A DNA stretch of 58,251 nt, taken from positions 1 to 58,251 of IMG/VR virus record IMGVR_UViG_3300017708_002093; one strand, written 5' to 3'. Both the position numbers and the translations under genes were made by a program. This document shows, piece by piece, positions 56,961 through 58,251 of this stretch (positions are counted from its first letter, which is position 1; every line of letters begins with the position of its first letter). The stretch is from a virus (lineage: Duplodnaviria > Caudoviricetes). A model generated the notes under the pieces. It saw nothing but the letters and a program-made list of their open reading frames with translations, searched no databases and was not told the origin of the DNA.

Positions 56961-57159
56961 AATCAGGCATCAATCCTTCAAGAGTTTCTTCATCATAAAG
57001 GTCAAGGATTTCAGACTTAACATCATCTTCATCCCAATCTTTGATGTTCTGTTCAATACTCTCAACAGCAAAAGTGATGAGAGTATCCATGTCCATGCCT
57101 TCAACAATCAACTCAGCATAGTTGAGTTTGAGTTGGTCAAGTTTAGAAGTGGTCAGCAT
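56959..57159 (-). CDS. Small acidic early protein (Y...IV.GMD..TL..FA)
   Basis: ORF whose stop overlaps repeat copy 8. Confidence 0.75.
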   Translation of the reverse strand: MLTTSKLDQLKLNYAELIVEGMDMDTLITFAVESIEQNIKDWDEDDVKSEILDLYDEETLEGLMPD

Positions 57160-57161
57160 AA

Positions 57162-57362
57162 TCAGTTCAGAATAATTTTGTAGTCAATAGACTTAATGCA
57201 CCAACCAAAGGTACATGTGATCTCTTCGATTAGATCATCTTCATCATCTGCTTTCCAAATTGTTTCAAGAGTGTCAGCAGTTACATTATCAAAATGGTGT
57301 TGAGTCCATTCACCAAACTCATCTTCAAAATCAAACTCAACTTGTGTGACTTGGAATTGCAT
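57162..57362 (-). CDS. Small acidic early protein (MQFQVT..EFDF...W.ADDEDDL.EEITC..GWCIKSIDY)
   Basis: Follows repeat copy 9. Confidence 0.75.
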   Translation of the reverse strand: MQFQVTQVEFDFEDEFGEWTQHHFDNVTADTLETIWKADDEDDLIEEITCTFGWCIKSIDYKIILN

Positions 57363-57372
57363 TGGTTTGTTG

Positions 57373-57409
57373 CTTACACTATAGGGACAATCTCAAAGTT
57401 AGCTATTTT
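57373..57409 (-). promoter_or_regulatory. 37-bp element, copy 9 (TATAGT variant)
   Basis: Identical to copy 5. Confidence 0.85.
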
Positions 57410-57440
57410 AATTGCCGGAAATACTCGCGGAAACTATACA

Positions 57441-57577
57441 TCAACGGAGATATAAGTATGAACATGCCCAATCACAGTTCTCTAATACAAACTCACGATC
57501 TTTGATGATTAGCAGATTGAAACAAACACCTTTGCAGGTGCTTTGATTGATGCTGCCTTGTATACTTCATCAGTCAT
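57441..57577 (-). pseudogene. Frameshifted C-terminal remnant of a common phage early gene (..EVYKAAS.KAPAK/GV.FNL..IKDRE...EN.DWA..YLYLR)
   Basis: One frame gives TDEVYKAASIKAPAK, and a -1 shift gives GVCFNLLIIKDREFVLENCDWACSYLYLR*; the N-terminal half is missing. Confidence 0.55.
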
Positions 57578-57927
57578 CAATAGTGCCGATAATGTGTATG
57601 CCAACATTTTTCACAGAGACAAGTTCTTGACTCCATCTCTTTTTTAATTGCATTACGACTATTTCTACCAACCATCTCAGAAACTTGTTCTAACCTAGTA
57701 GATGAAATCGTCAAATCATAAAATCCAAGTTTATCATAAACTTTAGATCCACAATGAGAGCATTGATACTTTTGTTTCTCTTCCTTAAACCATTTCTGAG
57801 TGGTTCTTTTAGATTCAAGTGCTCTTCTTTTTGATAATACCTTGTTACGTTCATACCATTCTTTTCTTTGTTGCTTCTTTATTGCTTCGGAAGCAGTCAA
57901 TGGTCCAATTAGTTTAGGTCTTCCCAT
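57577..57927 (-). CDS. Degenerate HNH-endonuclease-like zinc-binding protein
   Basis: Basic N-terminal helix (WYERNK), CSHC...L.F(YD)...VSEMV...EM...CLCEKCW; catalytic His/Asn positions appear substituted. Confidence 0.6.
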   Translation of the reverse strand: MGRPKLIGPLTASEAIKKQQRKEWYERNKVLSKRRALESKRTTQKWFKEEKQKYQCSHCGSKVYDKLGFYDLTISSTRLEQVSEMVGRNSRNAIKKEMESRTCLCEKCWHTHYRHY

Positions 57928-57930
57928 AAT

Positions 57931-58089
57931 TTATGCTGGTGTTACACTCCATTCATCTGTTGGAACCATTGTGTTGATAACATGCTCAACATTTTCAATT
58001 CCGTAGACTACAACTTTCTGAGTTGAAGAATAACCAGTTTTCTTCTCACGTTTCCATGAGACAATCCAGCGATCACATGATACTTTCAT
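57931..58089 (-). CDS. Small hypothetical protein, 52 aa (MKVSCDRWIVSWKREKK...)
   Basis: Hand-translated; ATGA overlap with the upstream gene. Confidence 0.6.
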   Translation of the reverse strand: MKVSCDRWIVSWKREKKTGYSSTQKVVVYGIENVEHVINTMVPTDEWSVTPA

Positions 58090-58251
58090 ACCCAATTCCC
58101 CATAAACTCTTCAAGTGTGTAACCTTCACCAGTTGATGTTTCTTCAATCAATTGTTCGATTGTAAGTTCTTCCATCTCCTTACGATATTCTTCTGGTGTT
58201 GGATCTTCTGGGTCATAATCATCATGGCAGAGATAGTCCCACTCTGCCACA
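58086..58251 (-). CDS. 3' part of an acidic early protein (..VAEWDYLCHDDYDPEDPTPEEYRKEMEELTIEQLIEETST...)
   Basis: Frame open from the window edge to TGA at 58086-58088. Confidence 0.65.
   Translation of the reverse strand, partial: VAEWDYLCHDDYDPEDPTPEEYRKEMEELTIEQLIEETSTGEGYTLEEFMGNWV

Noticed and set aside
51191-57409. 37-bp repeats as a CRISPR array
   Set aside because: Spacing is about 360-2170 bp and the intervals hold intact genes; no cas genes in the window.

Overview
A 58-kb, AT-rich segment of a T4-like myovirus, most likely a cyanophage of the Kyanoviridae type, judged from gene order and cyanophage-type small genes; no host-specific auxiliary metabolic gene is present to prove the host. 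Essentially all genes are on the minus strand. In transcription order (right to left) it has four parts. (i) About 50.4-58.3 kb is an early/host-takeover island of about 25 tiny ORFs, punctuated by 9 copies of a near-identical 37-bp element directly upstream of genes. It also holds a candidate replication origin (divergent sigma70 promoters, clustered TTTTCCACA DnaA-type boxes, AT-rich tract), a 27-bp perfect inverted repeat and a degenerate HNH gene next to a frameshifted gene remnant. (ii) About 50.1-50.4 kb is a non-coding repeat tract with 24-bp periodicity. (iii) About 6.5-49.6 kb is the late morphogenesis block (gp25, gp6, a 4025-aa gp7, gp8, a 2614-aa virion protein, gp13-gp23, gp3). 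(iv) About 0-6.5 kb holds uvsY, uvsW, gp55, gp47 and gp46. I found no tRNA, rRNA, CRISPR array, integrase, intron or intein. All family assignments are from motif recognition and synteny, not database searches.
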